A stretch of 59,934 nucleotides of DNA from Thiotrichaceae bacterium UBA5859 (GCA_002432655.1 DJFZ01000006.1:16236-76169); one strand, 5' to 3'; positions 47,880 through 58,084 are shown, counted from the first letter of the stretch. Notes: generated by a model from the letters alone, not told the origin. Numbers and translations are program-made.

Positions 47880-48497
47880 TTAGACCGATTTTGCCTTTAA
47901 ATTTGCCAAGTTATGGCGGTTGTCTCGAAGCCATTGGAGACTAATAATCGCGGGTGAAGAGATAAATTTTCCCTGCCCAAGCGCCTCGATGGCTTCATTA
48001 ATAGAAACGGTCACTACCCTAATATCTTCGTGTTCCTGTTCACATCCTGCATATTTAGCCGCCTGATCAGCCTTCACAAACGCGTAATATAGGTGAATTC
48101 GTTCGCTACAGGCGCCCGGTGAAGGATAATAAGTCATAATAGGTGAGACCACGCCAATATCTAATCCTGCCTCTTCTTTCGCTTCTTTGATCACAGTTTG
48201 AACCGGATCGGATCCCGCATCAATCCCTCCGGCGACAACATCCAGTAACCAGGGATCTTCCTCGGCAACCGCACCTATCCTAAATTGTTCCACTAGCACG
48301 ACCTGATTTTCATCCGCATCCACTAAAAGTATGCCAGCTGCATCACCACGCTGGAACAATTCACGATCCACAACTGGACTCCAGCTTTCGTTATACAATT
48401 GAAATTTCACACTCACTTTCTCTAATTGATAAAATCCATTGTACACTCTCTCTCTAGATTGAATATTAAAACCCTTTGTATGCTTCTTCTGTTTCAT
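47880..48497 (-). CDS. nudF: ADP-ribose pyrophosphatase (Nudix)
   Basis: RELFQRG, LVEQFRIG, Nudix box AGG...KEAKEEAG, SPG and EHEDI. Confidence 0.92.
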   Translation of the reverse strand: MKQKKHTKGFNIQSRERVYNGFYQLEKVSVKFQLYNESWSPVVDRELFQRGDAAGILLVDADENQVVLVEQFRIGAVAEEDPWLLDVVAGGIDAGSDPVQTVIKEAKEEAGLDIGVVSPIMTYYPSPGACSERIHLYYAFVKADQAAKYAGCEQEHEDIRVVTVSINEAIEALGQGKFISSPAIISLQWLRDNRHNLANLKAKSV

Positions 48498-48572
48498 AGC
48501 TACCCAGCTTGACGGTGATGGCAAGTCTATGTCATCACTTGTTCGAATGAGGAATAAGTTAGGTCAGATTAA

Positions 48573-49796
48573 ATGAAAGACTCTAATATGCGCAATCTCA
48601 GTTTTGATGAAGCCAGAGCCATATTACTGAATAGCGTCTCCAAAGCGGTATCTACGGAAAGCATAGAGTTATCAGAGGCAGTAGGACGCATTTTGGCAAT
48701 ACCATTGATTGCACCCTTTTCTTTACCGAGATTTACCCAATCTGCAATGGATGGTTATGCAGTTATTTCAGAAGGCGCTCAACATGTTGACACGCCGCTC
48801 ACGGTAGTGGGCAAATCCCTTGCAGGTCATCCCTATTCGGGGGAACTCGCTGCACACGAGTGTGTACGCATTACCACCGGTGCCCCTATGCCCCGCCACG
48901 CTGACGCAGTCATTGTCCAAGAAAATACGAGGACTACCGGGCAGCAGATAGTCTGTCTGCAAGCTGCTGGTAAGGGAGATAATATTCGTCTAAAAGGTGA
49001 AGAGTGTGCCGCTGGCGACACTCTACTCGGTACCGGTGTGCTCCTGAATCCAGCGCATATAGGTTTATTCGCGACGTTTGGAGAAAACAGTGTCTCAGTG
49101 TATAAAAAACTACGTGTCGCAATTTTTACCACCGGTGATGAACTTAAATCCACGGGCGAATCGCTAACCTTTGGTACTCAATTTAATAGTAATGGGCCTG
49201 CACTAGCTGCCTATTTAAAACAATTTCCTGTTGATCTTGTCACTCAACAACACCTACCAGATAATTACGACATCATCAAACAGAGCCTTATAGAGGCCAG
49301 CCGAACTGCAGATCTAATCATTTCTAGCGGTGGCGTATCCGTGGGAGAAGCTGACTACGTACATCAAGTACTCCAGGAAGTTGGCCAATTGTCTTTTTGG
49401 AAAGTCGCAATTAAACCCGGTAAACCCTTTGCGTTCGGCCAAATTGGTCGCACACAATTTTTTGCGTTACCGGGTAATCCCGTCTCATCTTTACTCACTT
49501 TAAAACAGCTCGCTGAGCCTGCAGTGGTGAAGATGTCAGGTGGTCAGCCTAAAGCGATATATTCTGCCTGGGCAGTCAGCAATGCCGAGATCAAACCAAA
49601 TAAATCAAGACTAGACTTTCAAAGAGGCATTGCATTTAAAGACACTGATGGCAAACTTTTAGTGACACCCGTAGAGAAGCAGAGTTCTGCGATGTTAACG
49701 TCTCTTATTCAAGCCAACTGTTTAATCTGGGTGCCCCCTGGCAAGGAAATAATACCTGTCGGTACACGCATAGAGATTGAATGGTTGAACTGGTGA
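48573..49796 (+). CDS. moeA: Molybdopterin molybdotransferase
   Basis: SAMDGYA, RITTGAP, TGDEL, SGGVSVGEAD, KPGKP and LPGNPVS. Confidence 0.96.
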   Translation: MKDSNMRNLSFDEARAILLNSVSKAVSTESIELSEAVGRILAIPLIAPFSLPRFTQSAMDGYAVISEGAQHVDTPLTVVGKSLAGHPYSGELAAHECVRITTGAPMPRHADAVIVQENTRTTGQQIVCLQAAGKGDNIRLKGEECAAGDTLLGTGVLLNPAHIGLFATFGENSVSVYKKLRVAIFTTGDELKSTGESLTFGTQFNSNGPALAAYLKQFPVDLVTQQHLPDNYDIIKQSLIEASRTADLIISSGGVSVGEADYVHQVLQEVGQLSFWKVAIKPGKPFAFGQIGRTQFFALPGNPVSSLLTLKQLAEPAVVKMSGGQPKAIYSAWAVSNAEIKPNKSRLDFQRGIAFKDTDGKLLVTPVEKQSSAMLTSLIQANCLIWVPPGKEIIPVGTRIEIEWLNW

Positions 49797-49868
49797 TGCC
49801 AGCCGAAACTTCATGTTATCATGGATGAGATTCGCTTGTATCTTTTGAAAAGTGAAGGACTGTTTCGA

Positions 49869-50528
49869 ATGCCAAAATTATTGCAACCTAAATTATTGGT
49901 TGTGCTGCTCACCCTATGCAGCACAACTGTTTTTTCTGCTCAGGATCCAGATCTACGGGTACAGCTAAGCCATGATAAAGCTACCGCAGAAGTGCTGCAC
50001 AAAAACAAAAAGGTCACCATTCAGCGTAATCAAGATAGTAGAAACCAAGTCAATCCCACCTATGCCAAAACGTCGCGCAACTGTCCACCCTTTTGCATTC
50101 AACCCGCGACAATCGCACCCCATGTGGATACGATTGCTGAGCTAGAGTTAATTGACTACTTGGAGCGAATGGCTCAGGGAGACAAGAGTATTCTCGTAAT
50201 CGATTCACGCACACCCGATTGGGTCAAAAAGGGGACAATACCTGGCAGCGTCAATATCCCTTGGACTAAACTCAGCATGGATCAAGGCGCCAATCCGATA
50301 GAGGTAGCAGATATATTGGAAAGACAATTTGGCGCACAAGAAATCGATGGTCTGTGGGATTTTTCTAACGTGAAAACTCTTGCGTTATTTTGCAACGGGA
50401 TCTGGTGTGGCCAATCCCCAACCAATATCCGCGCCCTAATCAAGCTAGGCTACCCTCCGGAAAAACTTAAGTGGTATCGAGGTGGTTTGCAGAATTGGGA
50501 AAATTTAGGTCTGACAGTAGTGAAATAA
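49869..50528 (+). CDS. Exported rhodanese-like sulfurtransferase
   Basis: Signal peptide, CPPFC, IDSR, GTIPGSVNIP, FCNGIWCGQS and WYRGGLQNW. Confidence 0.88.
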   Translation: MPKLLQPKLLVVLLTLCSTTVFSAQDPDLRVQLSHDKATAEVLHKNKKVTIQRNQDSRNQVNPTYAKTSRNCPPFCIQPATIAPHVDTIAELELIDYLERMAQGDKSILVIDSRTPDWVKKGTIPGSVNIPWTKLSMDQGANPIEVADILERQFGAQEIDGLWDFSNVKTLALFCNGIWCGQSPTNIRALIKLGYPPEKLKWYRGGLQNWENLGLTVVK

Positions 50529-50660
50529 TTTCACCTATTGAGCTTTAAAATTAGTTAGCAAACAAGAAACCAACAGCTACACACTCTTTTTACATCATTC
50601 ACAATTAAATACTGTTATAAATTAGAGACACATCATCTACTCGGATTACCTTGACTTCAT

Positions 50661-50737
50661 GCCCTCGTAGCTCAGTTGGATAGAGCAGCCGCCTCCTAAG
50701 CGGCAGGTCGGACGTTCGAATCGTCTCGAGGGCACCA
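50661..50737 (+). tRNA. tRNA-Arg (anticodon CCT)
   Basis: GCCCTCG acceptor stem, TAGCTCAGTTGGATAGAGC D-arm, GCCGC-ctCCTaa-GCGGC anticodon arm, GTTCGAA T-loop and encoded CCA. 77 nt. Confidence 0.97.
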
Positions 50738-50833
50738 AATTTAACGTATACCCTGTTTATCGCCGAATAAGACTAGATGTCTCACTTTCTATTTGTTGCA
50801 GATAAAAAAGATATTTTTTCTTCTTTCAATGAG

Positions 50834-52003
50834 TCACAGCTCACCATTTATGTGGGCACGCTGTAAATGCTCTATTAATGCGGCCAAAAAACGCGCAGCT
50901 TCACCACCAGTAACACAGCGATGATCAAAAGTGAGCGATAGCGGTAAAATAGGATGCACGACTGCTTTACCCTTTTTGGCAACCACTTGGTCACGTATTT
51001 TTCCGGCACCAAGGATAGCCACAGTAGGCGGCACAATTATAGGGCTGGCATAGCGCCCTGCTATGGCGCCAAAATTCGATAAGGTAATAGTATTACCGCG
51101 TAACTCATCTGGGGGTATTTTTCGCTGTTTGATTTTGTCCCGAAGTTCATCCAACTTCTCTCGTAACGCCAGATCCGAAAGTAGATTTGCTTTGCGAATC
51201 ACCGGTACAAACAAACCATCTTCACTATCTACGGCGACACCCAAATGCACATCTGCTAACACTCGACGTCCCAGACTGTGGCTATCAAACCAAGCATTCA
51301 ATGCAGGCTCCTGTTGGCAAGCGTATATTAACGCGCGCATCAGCCGAACGGTGGGATCTTCAGTCTTATCCCATTTGTTGAGATCGGCATCTTCATACAG
51401 GCTCACATGCACCACTTCAGCGTGAGCCAAGGCCATGTTCCTCGCCATTGCCCGGCGGACACCCCGGAGTGGTTCTTGGGGACCCACCTCTTTTAGGATT
51501 TTATGAACCCGTTGTACATCGTTGGCGGTTATCATACCGTCTGCGCCGGTGGGCGTGACCATTGCCAAGTTGACATCCAATTGATGGGCTAAGGCGCGCA
51601 CCGCCGGGGTGGCTTTAAAACCACCGCTGGTATGTTGACCCACAGCTGTCACCGCATCTTTTAATAATGCCCCGCTGGCATCTACATTACCCACCACTGT
51701 GCCCGTATCCGCTGACTGCGGCTTTTGAATTTTCTCATGTTCAGGGCTGGACTGAGGCTCACCGTTCTCACCATCAGCGAATTCAACCAAGGGATCACCG
51801 ATATGGATCACATCTCCTGGTTCACCATAAGTTTTGCGAATAGTGGCGCTACGAGGCGCAGGAATATCCACGATAGCTTTGGCGGTCTCCACAGAAACCA
51901 TCGGTGCATCCGCTTCGATCTGATCTCCTATTTTAATGTGCCACTCTACTAACTCTGCTTCCTGCAGTCCTTCACCTAGATCCGGTAAATAAAATGTTTT
52001 CAC
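50834..52003 (-). CDS. 2-oxoacid dehydrogenase E2 (dihydrolipoamide acyltransferase)
   Basis: LPDLGEG, lipoyl ETAKA, TPAVRALA binding domain and FDHRCVTG. Confidence 0.95.
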   Translation of the reverse strand: MKTFYLPDLGEGLQEAELVEWHIKIGDQIEADAPMVSVETAKAIVDIPAPRSATIRKTYGEPGDVIHIGDPLVEFADGENGEPQSSPEHEKIQKPQSADTGTVVGNVDASGALLKDAVTAVGQHTSGGFKATPAVRALAHQLDVNLAMVTPTGADGMITANDVQRVHKILKEVGPQEPLRGVRRAMARNMALAHAEVVHVSLYEDADLNKWDKTEDPTVRLMRALIYACQQEPALNAWFDSHSLGRRVLADVHLGVAVDSEDGLFVPVIRKANLLSDLALREKLDELRDKIKQRKIPPDELRGNTITLSNFGAIAGRYASPIIVPPTVAILGAGKIRDQVVAKKGKAVVHPILPLSLTFDHRCVTGGEAARFLAALIEHLQRAHINGEL

Positions 52004-52980
52004 GCGAACTCCATGGTCTGTTTTACCGCCGAATAAATCCTGTTTTCGGAGGGCATGTAATAATCTTCAAGTTTAAATAATGGCATCACTGTATCAAATC
52101 CGCTGACTCGTTGTATGGGTGCACACAAATATAATAATCCTTGCTCTGCAATTTGTGCCGCTATCTCTGCACCAACACTACAGGTCTTGGCGGCCTCTTG
52201 CACAATCACGCAACGACCTGTTTTTTCCACTGACTGCAAAATGGTGTCGATGTCGAGAGGTTTGATTGTGGCCACATCAATCACTTCTGCCTCTACACCC
52301 TGGAGCGCCAGAGATTCCGCTACTTTCATTGTTTCGTGCACCATGGCACCCCAAGTAACGAGTGTGATATCAGTACCCGATCGTAATACGAAACATTCAT
52401 CTAGAGGCAGCGCCTCGCCCTTGTTTGGCACCTCCTGTTTCACCATACGGTAAATACGCTTTGGTTCCAAAAAGAGTACGGGATCATTATCCCGTATCGC
52501 CGCCAATAATAAACCGTAGGCTCTGAGTGGTGAGGAGGGGATGACAACGCGTAATCCAGGCACATGGGCAAACAATGCTTCGGTGCTCTCTGAATGGTGC
52601 TCCGGTGCATGAATACCACCACCATAAGGTGCACGAATCACCAGCGGGCAATGGAGGCGACCACGGGTACGATTACGTAGGCGCGAAGCATGATTTATGA
52701 TCTGATCAAATGCCGGGTAGATAAAACCCATAAACTGAATTTCCGCCACTGGACGTAAACCCTGTGTTGCCATTCCTACGGCTGTTCCTACAATCATCGA
52801 CTCGGCCAATGGTGTATCCAGAACGCGCTCCTCACCGAACTTGGATTGCAAGTCCAGCGTCGCACGGAAGACACCACCATTCTTACCCACATCTTCACCA
52901 AGAATGATGACATTGTTATTATGCGCCATCTCGTATTCAAGGGCCTGATTCACCGCCTCTACTAACGTGATCTTAGACAT
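52000..52980 (-). CDS. 2-oxoacid dehydrogenase E1 beta subunit
   Basis: GEDVG, DTPLAES, EIQFMGF, EHHSES and LEPK. Confidence 0.95.
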   Translation of the reverse strand: MSKITLVEAVNQALEYEMAHNNNVIILGEDVGKNGGVFRATLDLQSKFGEERVLDTPLAESMIVGTAVGMATQGLRPVAEIQFMGFIYPAFDQIINHASRLRNRTRGRLHCPLVIRAPYGGGIHAPEHHSESTEALFAHVPGLRVVIPSSPLRAYGLLLAAIRDNDPVLFLEPKRIYRMVKQEVPNKGEALPLDECFVLRSGTDITLVTWGAMVHETMKVAESLALQGVEAEVIDVATIKPLDIDTILQSVEKTGRCVIVQEAAKTCSVGAEIAAQIAEQGLLYLCAPIQRVSGFDTVMPLFKLEDYYMPSENRIYSAVKQTMEFA

Positions 52981-54100
52981 GGTCACTTTCCTTTACGTCC
53001 GTATCTACAGTCTCTTCTCTAGCGCCTAAATGTTGCTGCCACTCATCAAACAACTGCTGCCGTTGTTTCAGATAGACCTTCGGTAAACTCTCGTAAAGAT
53101 AGTCGAACATTTCCGTAGGGGGTGCTGCCTCCGCAGTGAGATAGGCTTGTATTTCCTCCTCAATTTGCTGCTGACATTGCTCTTTCAGTGACTGCTGTTT
53201 GCCTTCGTCCCACCCCATGGCAACCCGCATATGCCGTTCCAATCGTAACAGCGGATCTTTCTGCTTGTAGACCTCCACCTCTTCTGCAGACCGATAGCGA
53301 CTGGCATCATCTGCAGTGGTGTGATCGCTAAGACGATAGGTTAAGGCTTCTATAATTGTCGCGCCGTTGCCGCTGCGCGCCTTCTCGATTGCCTGATCCA
53401 GCGTATCTCGCATGGCGATATAGTCATTTCCATCTACCTGCACGCCGTCGATACCTGCAGCTATCGCTTTTTGCGCCAATGTCTGACTGGCTGATTGGGC
53501 TGCCCGTGGTACAGAAATGGCCCACTGGTTATTTGACACCAGAAACACCACGGGCAGTTTCCAAACACCAGCCAGATTGATGGCCTCATAAAAATCCCCT
53601 TGCGAGGTAGCACCGTCACCAATTGCGCAAAGCGCGATTCGGTTCTGTTTGCGGTATTTAAATGCTGTCGCCACGCCTACTGCATGCAGACATTGACTGG
53701 CAATCGGAATAGCCACCGGAAAATCCTGATTAGCTATCGGTGGGTTACTACCTCGTTCATCTCCTCCCCAAAACATTAAGATATCACGCATACGACTACC
53801 ACGAATGAGTTGCGCTCCGGTTTCCCGGTATGAAGGAACAAATACATCGTTAGGGTGCATTGCCAAGCCTATTGCAGCACCAATTGCTTCCTGACCCAAA
53901 CAAGAAGCGTAGGTGCCCATCTGTCCTGTACGTTGCAAGGCGACAGCCTTGGCATCGAACAACCTGGTGAGCAACATCCATTTATAGGCGTGTTCCAAAC
54001 TCTCTACTTCTGTTGCCCAATTGGGCAGATCAGCCAATGCTTGCCCTGATTCATCCATGTATTGTACATATTCTATTTCAAACGCAGCCACACGACTCAT
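52973..54100 (-). CDS. 2-oxoacid dehydrogenase E1 alpha subunit
   Basis: GQEA, TPP motif GDGATSQG...NNQWAIS, and HTTADD. Confidence 0.95.
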   Translation of the reverse strand: MSRVAAFEIEYVQYMDESGQALADLPNWATEVESLEHAYKWMLLTRLFDAKAVALQRTGQMGTYASCLGQEAIGAAIGLAMHPNDVFVPSYRETGAQLIRGSRMRDILMFWGGDERGSNPPIANQDFPVAIPIASQCLHAVGVATAFKYRKQNRIALCAIGDGATSQGDFYEAINLAGVWKLPVVFLVSNNQWAISVPRAAQSASQTLAQKAIAAGIDGVQVDGNDYIAMRDTLDQAIEKARSGNGATIIEALTYRLSDHTTADDASRYRSAEEVEVYKQKDPLLRLERHMRVAMGWDEGKQQSLKEQCQQQIEEEIQAYLTAEAAPPTEMFDYLYESLPKVYLKQRQQLFDEWQQHLGAREETVDTDVKESDHV

Positions 54101-54109
54101 AGCAGGCTC

Positions 54110-55195
54110 CTAATTGGGTTCCAGAATGACTTCTTGTCGATTTAACTTCTCATTTGCCACTTTATCTACGATTTCTGCAGGCACTTTCTGTTCGCTCGTG
54201 CTTTGTCGAAATAGCTCTAGCAAGCGAGGATATATTTCATCGATGCGTGCATCAGCCTCTGACATGGGCAGTTCGTAGTGAGCACAATAAACTTGAATTA
54301 ACCCACCCGCGTTTAGCACATAATCCGGCACATAGTGAATATTACATTGCTTGAGGGTATCAATGACCGCTAAATTAGCAAGCTGGTTATTCGCCGATCC
54401 AGCAATAATTTTTGCGGGCAACAGACGAACGCTCTCTTCAGTGAGCACGCCACCCAGAGCACAGGGGCTAAATACATCACATGGAGTGCGATAAATCTGA
54501 TTGACATCCACTACCTGGGCATTAAATTCTTGCGCACAACGCTGTGCAGCAGTAACACTCACATCGCTGACGATAATTTTTGCGCCTCGCTCATATAAAT
54601 ACTTAGCCAGATAATAACCCACGTGACCAACACCTTGAATCAATACTGTGAGATCAAGCCACCTTCTATTAGGGAGATAATAGTGTATAGCCGCTTCCAT
54701 ACCTTTTAACACACCGCGAGCAGTATACGGAGAAGGATCACCGCCAGCCCGCTTACCTTTTGTATGACCCGCCACCCAAGCAGTGTGCTGAGCCACCCAA
54801 TTCAGATCTTCAACGGAAGTGCCACTGTCAATTGATGTGATATAGCGTCCGTTTAAGTCATGCACAAATTGCGCGAAGCTGTTGATAATTGCGCGACGAT
54901 TAAATGCACCGGATGGCTTCATGATTACCGCTTTGCCTCCTCCTAGGGGCAAGCCGCACATTACCGCCTTATAACTCATGCCTTGGGCCAGTCGAATGGC
55001 ATCCTGAACAGCGCGCTCTGTAGATGCGTATGTCGCCATACGGCACCCCCCTAACGCAGGCCCATTTCGTGTGCTGTGAATAGCTATCACTGCAGCTAAT
55101 CCAGATTCGGCATCATATTTAAAGTGGATTTCTTGATTATTAAACTGTCGGGCATAATCGAACAGATCGAAAGCTGGCATCACCCTTAACCTCAT
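54110..55195 (-). CDS. Leu/Phe/Val dehydrogenase
   Basis: GPALGGCR, GMSYK, GGGKAVI, GDPSPYTA, QGVGHVG, GSANNQL and PDYVLNAGG. Confidence 0.93.
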   Translation of the reverse strand: MRLRVMPAFDLFDYARQFNNQEIHFKYDAESGLAAVIAIHSTRNGPALGGCRMATYASTERAVQDAIRLAQGMSYKAVMCGLPLGGGKAVIMKPSGAFNRRAIINSFAQFVHDLNGRYITSIDSGTSVEDLNWVAQHTAWVAGHTKGKRAGGDPSPYTARGVLKGMEAAIHYYLPNRRWLDLTVLIQGVGHVGYYLAKYLYERGAKIIVSDVSVTAAQRCAQEFNAQVVDVNQIYRTPCDVFSPCALGGVLTEESVRLLPAKIIAGSANNQLANLAVIDTLKQCNIHYVPDYVLNAGGLIQVYCAHYELPMSEADARIDEIYPRLLELFRQSTSEQKVPAEIVDKVANEKLNRQEVILEPN

Positions 55196-55567
55196 TAGGC
55201 TTCTCGCATCAGGTTATATGCTTTACGGCCACCAATGTTATTTATTCCTTCATCACCAACATTGGGACAACACTAAGATTAATAAAGCAATTCTCAAACC
55301 ATCCAAGAATAATTGATTGTTTTTAATGTAAATTTTATCGGCCGCTAGGCGGTGACAATTACCTGAGAACGGTATTAAGAAGAAGCAGTTTTGTCCATAA
55401 TTTCGTTTCCCTCGATAAATTCAAAAATCCCTATGATGGTTGATGGTCATGCTCGGCCCTCAGAAAACAACAGCAACACCGATCCGAGTGGGTAAATGGG
55501 TCAGAATTTACCGCAGATCCTTGGATACCGAGTGTTCGATATTGTTTACAGATAATCTTTGAAGAAA

Positions 55568-56311
55568 TTATTTTGTGGCATAGAGCATATAGTTTACTCC
55601 CGTAAAAGGGACAATAGCCATTTGCTTATTGAAAGGATTTACCTGTACACCCACTTCATCCCGGATCTCTAATTGATCCGCTGCCAGCAAGCTATGCAAC
55701 TCTTCTGGTTTCACTAGTTTGCTATATTGATGGGTGCCTTTCGGTAACCATCGCAGAATATACTCAGCACCGATTATAGCCACTATCCAAGCCAGTGGGT
55801 TGCGGTTAATAGTAGCAATAAAATGTACCCCACCCTCCCTGACTAACTGATTCGCCGAGCGCATGAAGAGTGATAAATCGGCCACATGTTCTACCACTTC
55901 CATATTTAGTACAACGTCATACTGCTCACCACTCTGCTCAATATCTTCTGCGCGAATACACTGGTACTCCACCTCAAAAGGCTGGGAATCACAGTGAGCA
56001 CGAGCAATTTCTATATTTCGTTCGACCACATCAATGCCCTTCACTTCAGCACCCAATGCCGCCATAGACTCACTGAGGATCCCGCCACCGCAGCCAATAT
56101 CGAGCACTTTGAGCCCGCTAAGGGGTGCAATCGCCGCTACATCACGCCCATAGTGGTGACAGAGTTTGGATTTAATGTAGTCAATGCGCAAAATATTTAA
56201 GCGGTGTAATGGCCAAAACGGACCCTTCGCGTCCCACCAAAGGGCTGCTAGTGCGTTAAATTTTTCCACTTCCGCCGGATCTACAGTTGTTTTCTCAGGA
56301 TTCTGTGCCAT
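55568..56311 (-). CDS. ubiG: Ubiquinone biosynthesis O-methyltransferase
   Basis: EVEKF...WWD, PLHRLN..R, LDIGCGGG, EVVEHV, TINR and LPKGTH. Start set at MAQNPEK. Confidence 0.88.
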   Translation of the reverse strand: MAQNPEKTTVDPAEVEKFNALAALWWDAKGPFWPLHRLNILRIDYIKSKLCHHYGRDVAAIAPLSGLKVLDIGCGGGILSESMAALGAEVKGIDVVERNIEIARAHCDSQPFEVEYQCIRAEDIEQSGEQYDVVLNMEVVEHVADLSLFMRSANQLVREGGVHFIATINRNPLAWIVAIIGAEYILRWLPKGTHQYSKLVKPEELHSLLAADQLEIRDEVGVQVNPFNKQMAIVPFTGVNYMLYATK

Positions 56312-56481
56312 GCTCTTGTCTTCCTTATTGTCTTGACAATCCGGGCGCATTGTCGCTATTAAATTTAAGTACCGTATATCCGTTAAACTGACCACTGCTA
56401 TAAGAGTCCAGTACAATAACAAATATTGAATTAATCCTCCCGAAAATAATTTAAACAACTCTTTCAATTTTAGGGTGTGCC

Positions 56482-57756
56482 GTGAGAGACTGCTTTAGGA
56501 TTTCTTTTCTGGGAATGTTCTGCGCTGTTTGCCTGTCGTTCTTAGCGAGCGCCCAGGGGCGAGATACTTTCGTACCAGGTGAACTGTTAATCAAGATACG
56601 TCCAGGACATCAGCTCGAAGAGATCCCACACCAGCAATTATTCCTAACTCAAGCACAGCCCACCGGTCCCACCTTAGGTTTATACCTAATTCCTATTCGG
56701 GGCCAGCAAGATATTGAAAAATTCGCAGCGGAACTAAATCATTTACCGGCGATACATTACGCTGAACCAAACTATTATTATGAGTCAGTGGCGCCAAATG
56801 TGTCTGGTTCACTTGTGCAACATTGGCAAAAAAAGAAAGCCAAACAAAACTTTTATCAACGCGACTTTATGTTGGATCCCAGACTATTATTAGGCGCTCA
56901 ATTCTTACCCACCGATCCGCACGATATACAGGCTATCTTTTCTGTTAATCACAATGTGAACGCCCATCCACACTTGGAGGATCTGCGTTTAATTGGCTGC
57001 CACATGAACCAGCAGGGACGTCTCAGTTCAGCGCAGATAGTCAGCTGTATGGACTATTTTCGCTCATTAGAAGTAAGCGGCATGAAGTTACTCGCAACGC
57101 TGAATTCTTTCACGGGAAATTTTCGTTCTCAGGCACTACTTGATGCAATTCTATTGTATGATTTGATGGATATTCAGTTTATTTCTATCACCACAGAGTC
57201 AACACAAAAGCAATTTCCTCAGAATGTGAATCTTGCCAATATCATCCAATTGAGCTTCATCAATTCTAACACCATGCCCTCCACGCCTTTTACTTTTAGA
57301 CTCCCCGCTAGCGATGTTTTACGCTATGAAATCAAGTCCGAAAAGGGCTCTCCAGAACCAACACAAACCGCCCGATTCCATCGGGATAGTATTGGTACTC
57401 GATTAATCTTAAATTCGAGTCCTGGCAATAACACTGTTCAGCAAAACATGAAGCGAAACCCTTCTTTGACACTAGAATTGCTCACTTCTAACACTGTGCC
57501 GTTGCTCAATGATGAGGATGAAGACGGCATGGCGGATCTTTGGGAGATAGAAAATCGTTTAGATCCCCGTGATCCCAGCGATGCTCATTTAGATGCTGAC
57601 TTTGATAATTTAACCAATGCCGATGAATTCCGTTTAGGCACCAGTATCTTCTCCGCAGACACCGATGAAGATTCTTTCTCTGATAGTGATGAAATATATT
57701 TTTATAATTCTAATCCGTTACATTTCAATCCTGCTAATACCGTTGGCCGCCAGTAG
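56482..57756 (+). CDS. Secreted degenerate subtilase-like protein with C-terminal Ca-binding Asp-rich repeats
   Basis: Signal peptide, propeptide-like FVPGELLIK...YAEPNY and S8-like SCMDY..NSF..SQALLDAI. No DTG, HGT or GTS catalytic motifs. DEDEDG, DADFD and DTDED repeats at the C-terminus. Confidence 0.65.
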   Translation: MRDCFRISFLGMFCAVCLSFLASAQGRDTFVPGELLIKIRPGHQLEEIPHQQLFLTQAQPTGPTLGLYLIPIRGQQDIEKFAAELNHLPAIHYAEPNYYYESVAPNVSGSLVQHWQKKKAKQNFYQRDFMLDPRLLLGAQFLPTDPHDIQAIFSVNHNVNAHPHLEDLRLIGCHMNQQGRLSSAQIVSCMDYFRSLEVSGMKLLATLNSFTGNFRSQALLDAILLYDLMDIQFISITTESTQKQFPQNVNLANIIQLSFINSNTMPSTPFTFRLPASDVLRYEIKSEKGSPEPTQTARFHRDSIGTRLILNSSPGNNTVQQNMKRNPSLTLELLTSNTVPLLNDEDEDGMADLWEIENRLDPRDPSDAHLDADFDNLTNADEFRLGTSIFSADTDEDSFSDSDEIYFYNSNPLHFNPANTVGRQ

Positions 57757-58084
57757 GTGCGCCACATTTGTTTTAAAAGCTTGTAGATAGCTGATATTTT
57801 AAGTTTTTTTGTTGCCGTCTCTTCGACATCATCATAAATCCACATGAAAAAGAAACATCATGCAAGTGCAAAGATCTTCGCGCCTGCACACCCCCCAGAG
57901 ATACCATCTTGAGCTTTTCGTAACAATTGATCACCCGCTTGACAAACCGAAAATTTCAGAAATTTGGCCTCCGCAGACAAATGAGGACTTAATTTCACAT
58001 TTTTTTTATACTCCCCGCAGTTAAATGCCGCCCTGAACAGATTCGGAATTTTGACACATCATTAAAAACTGGAAGGAAACCTCT

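Noticed and set aside
50738-50833. Possible integrative element at tRNA-Arg
   Set aside because: No integrase and no duplicated tRNA 3' end were seen in the window.
56312-56467. Hydrophobic N-terminal extension of ubiG
   Set aside because: It uses a non-ATG start. A purine-rich RBS precedes ATG 56311, where UbiG similarity begins, and the extension occupies the divergent promoter region.
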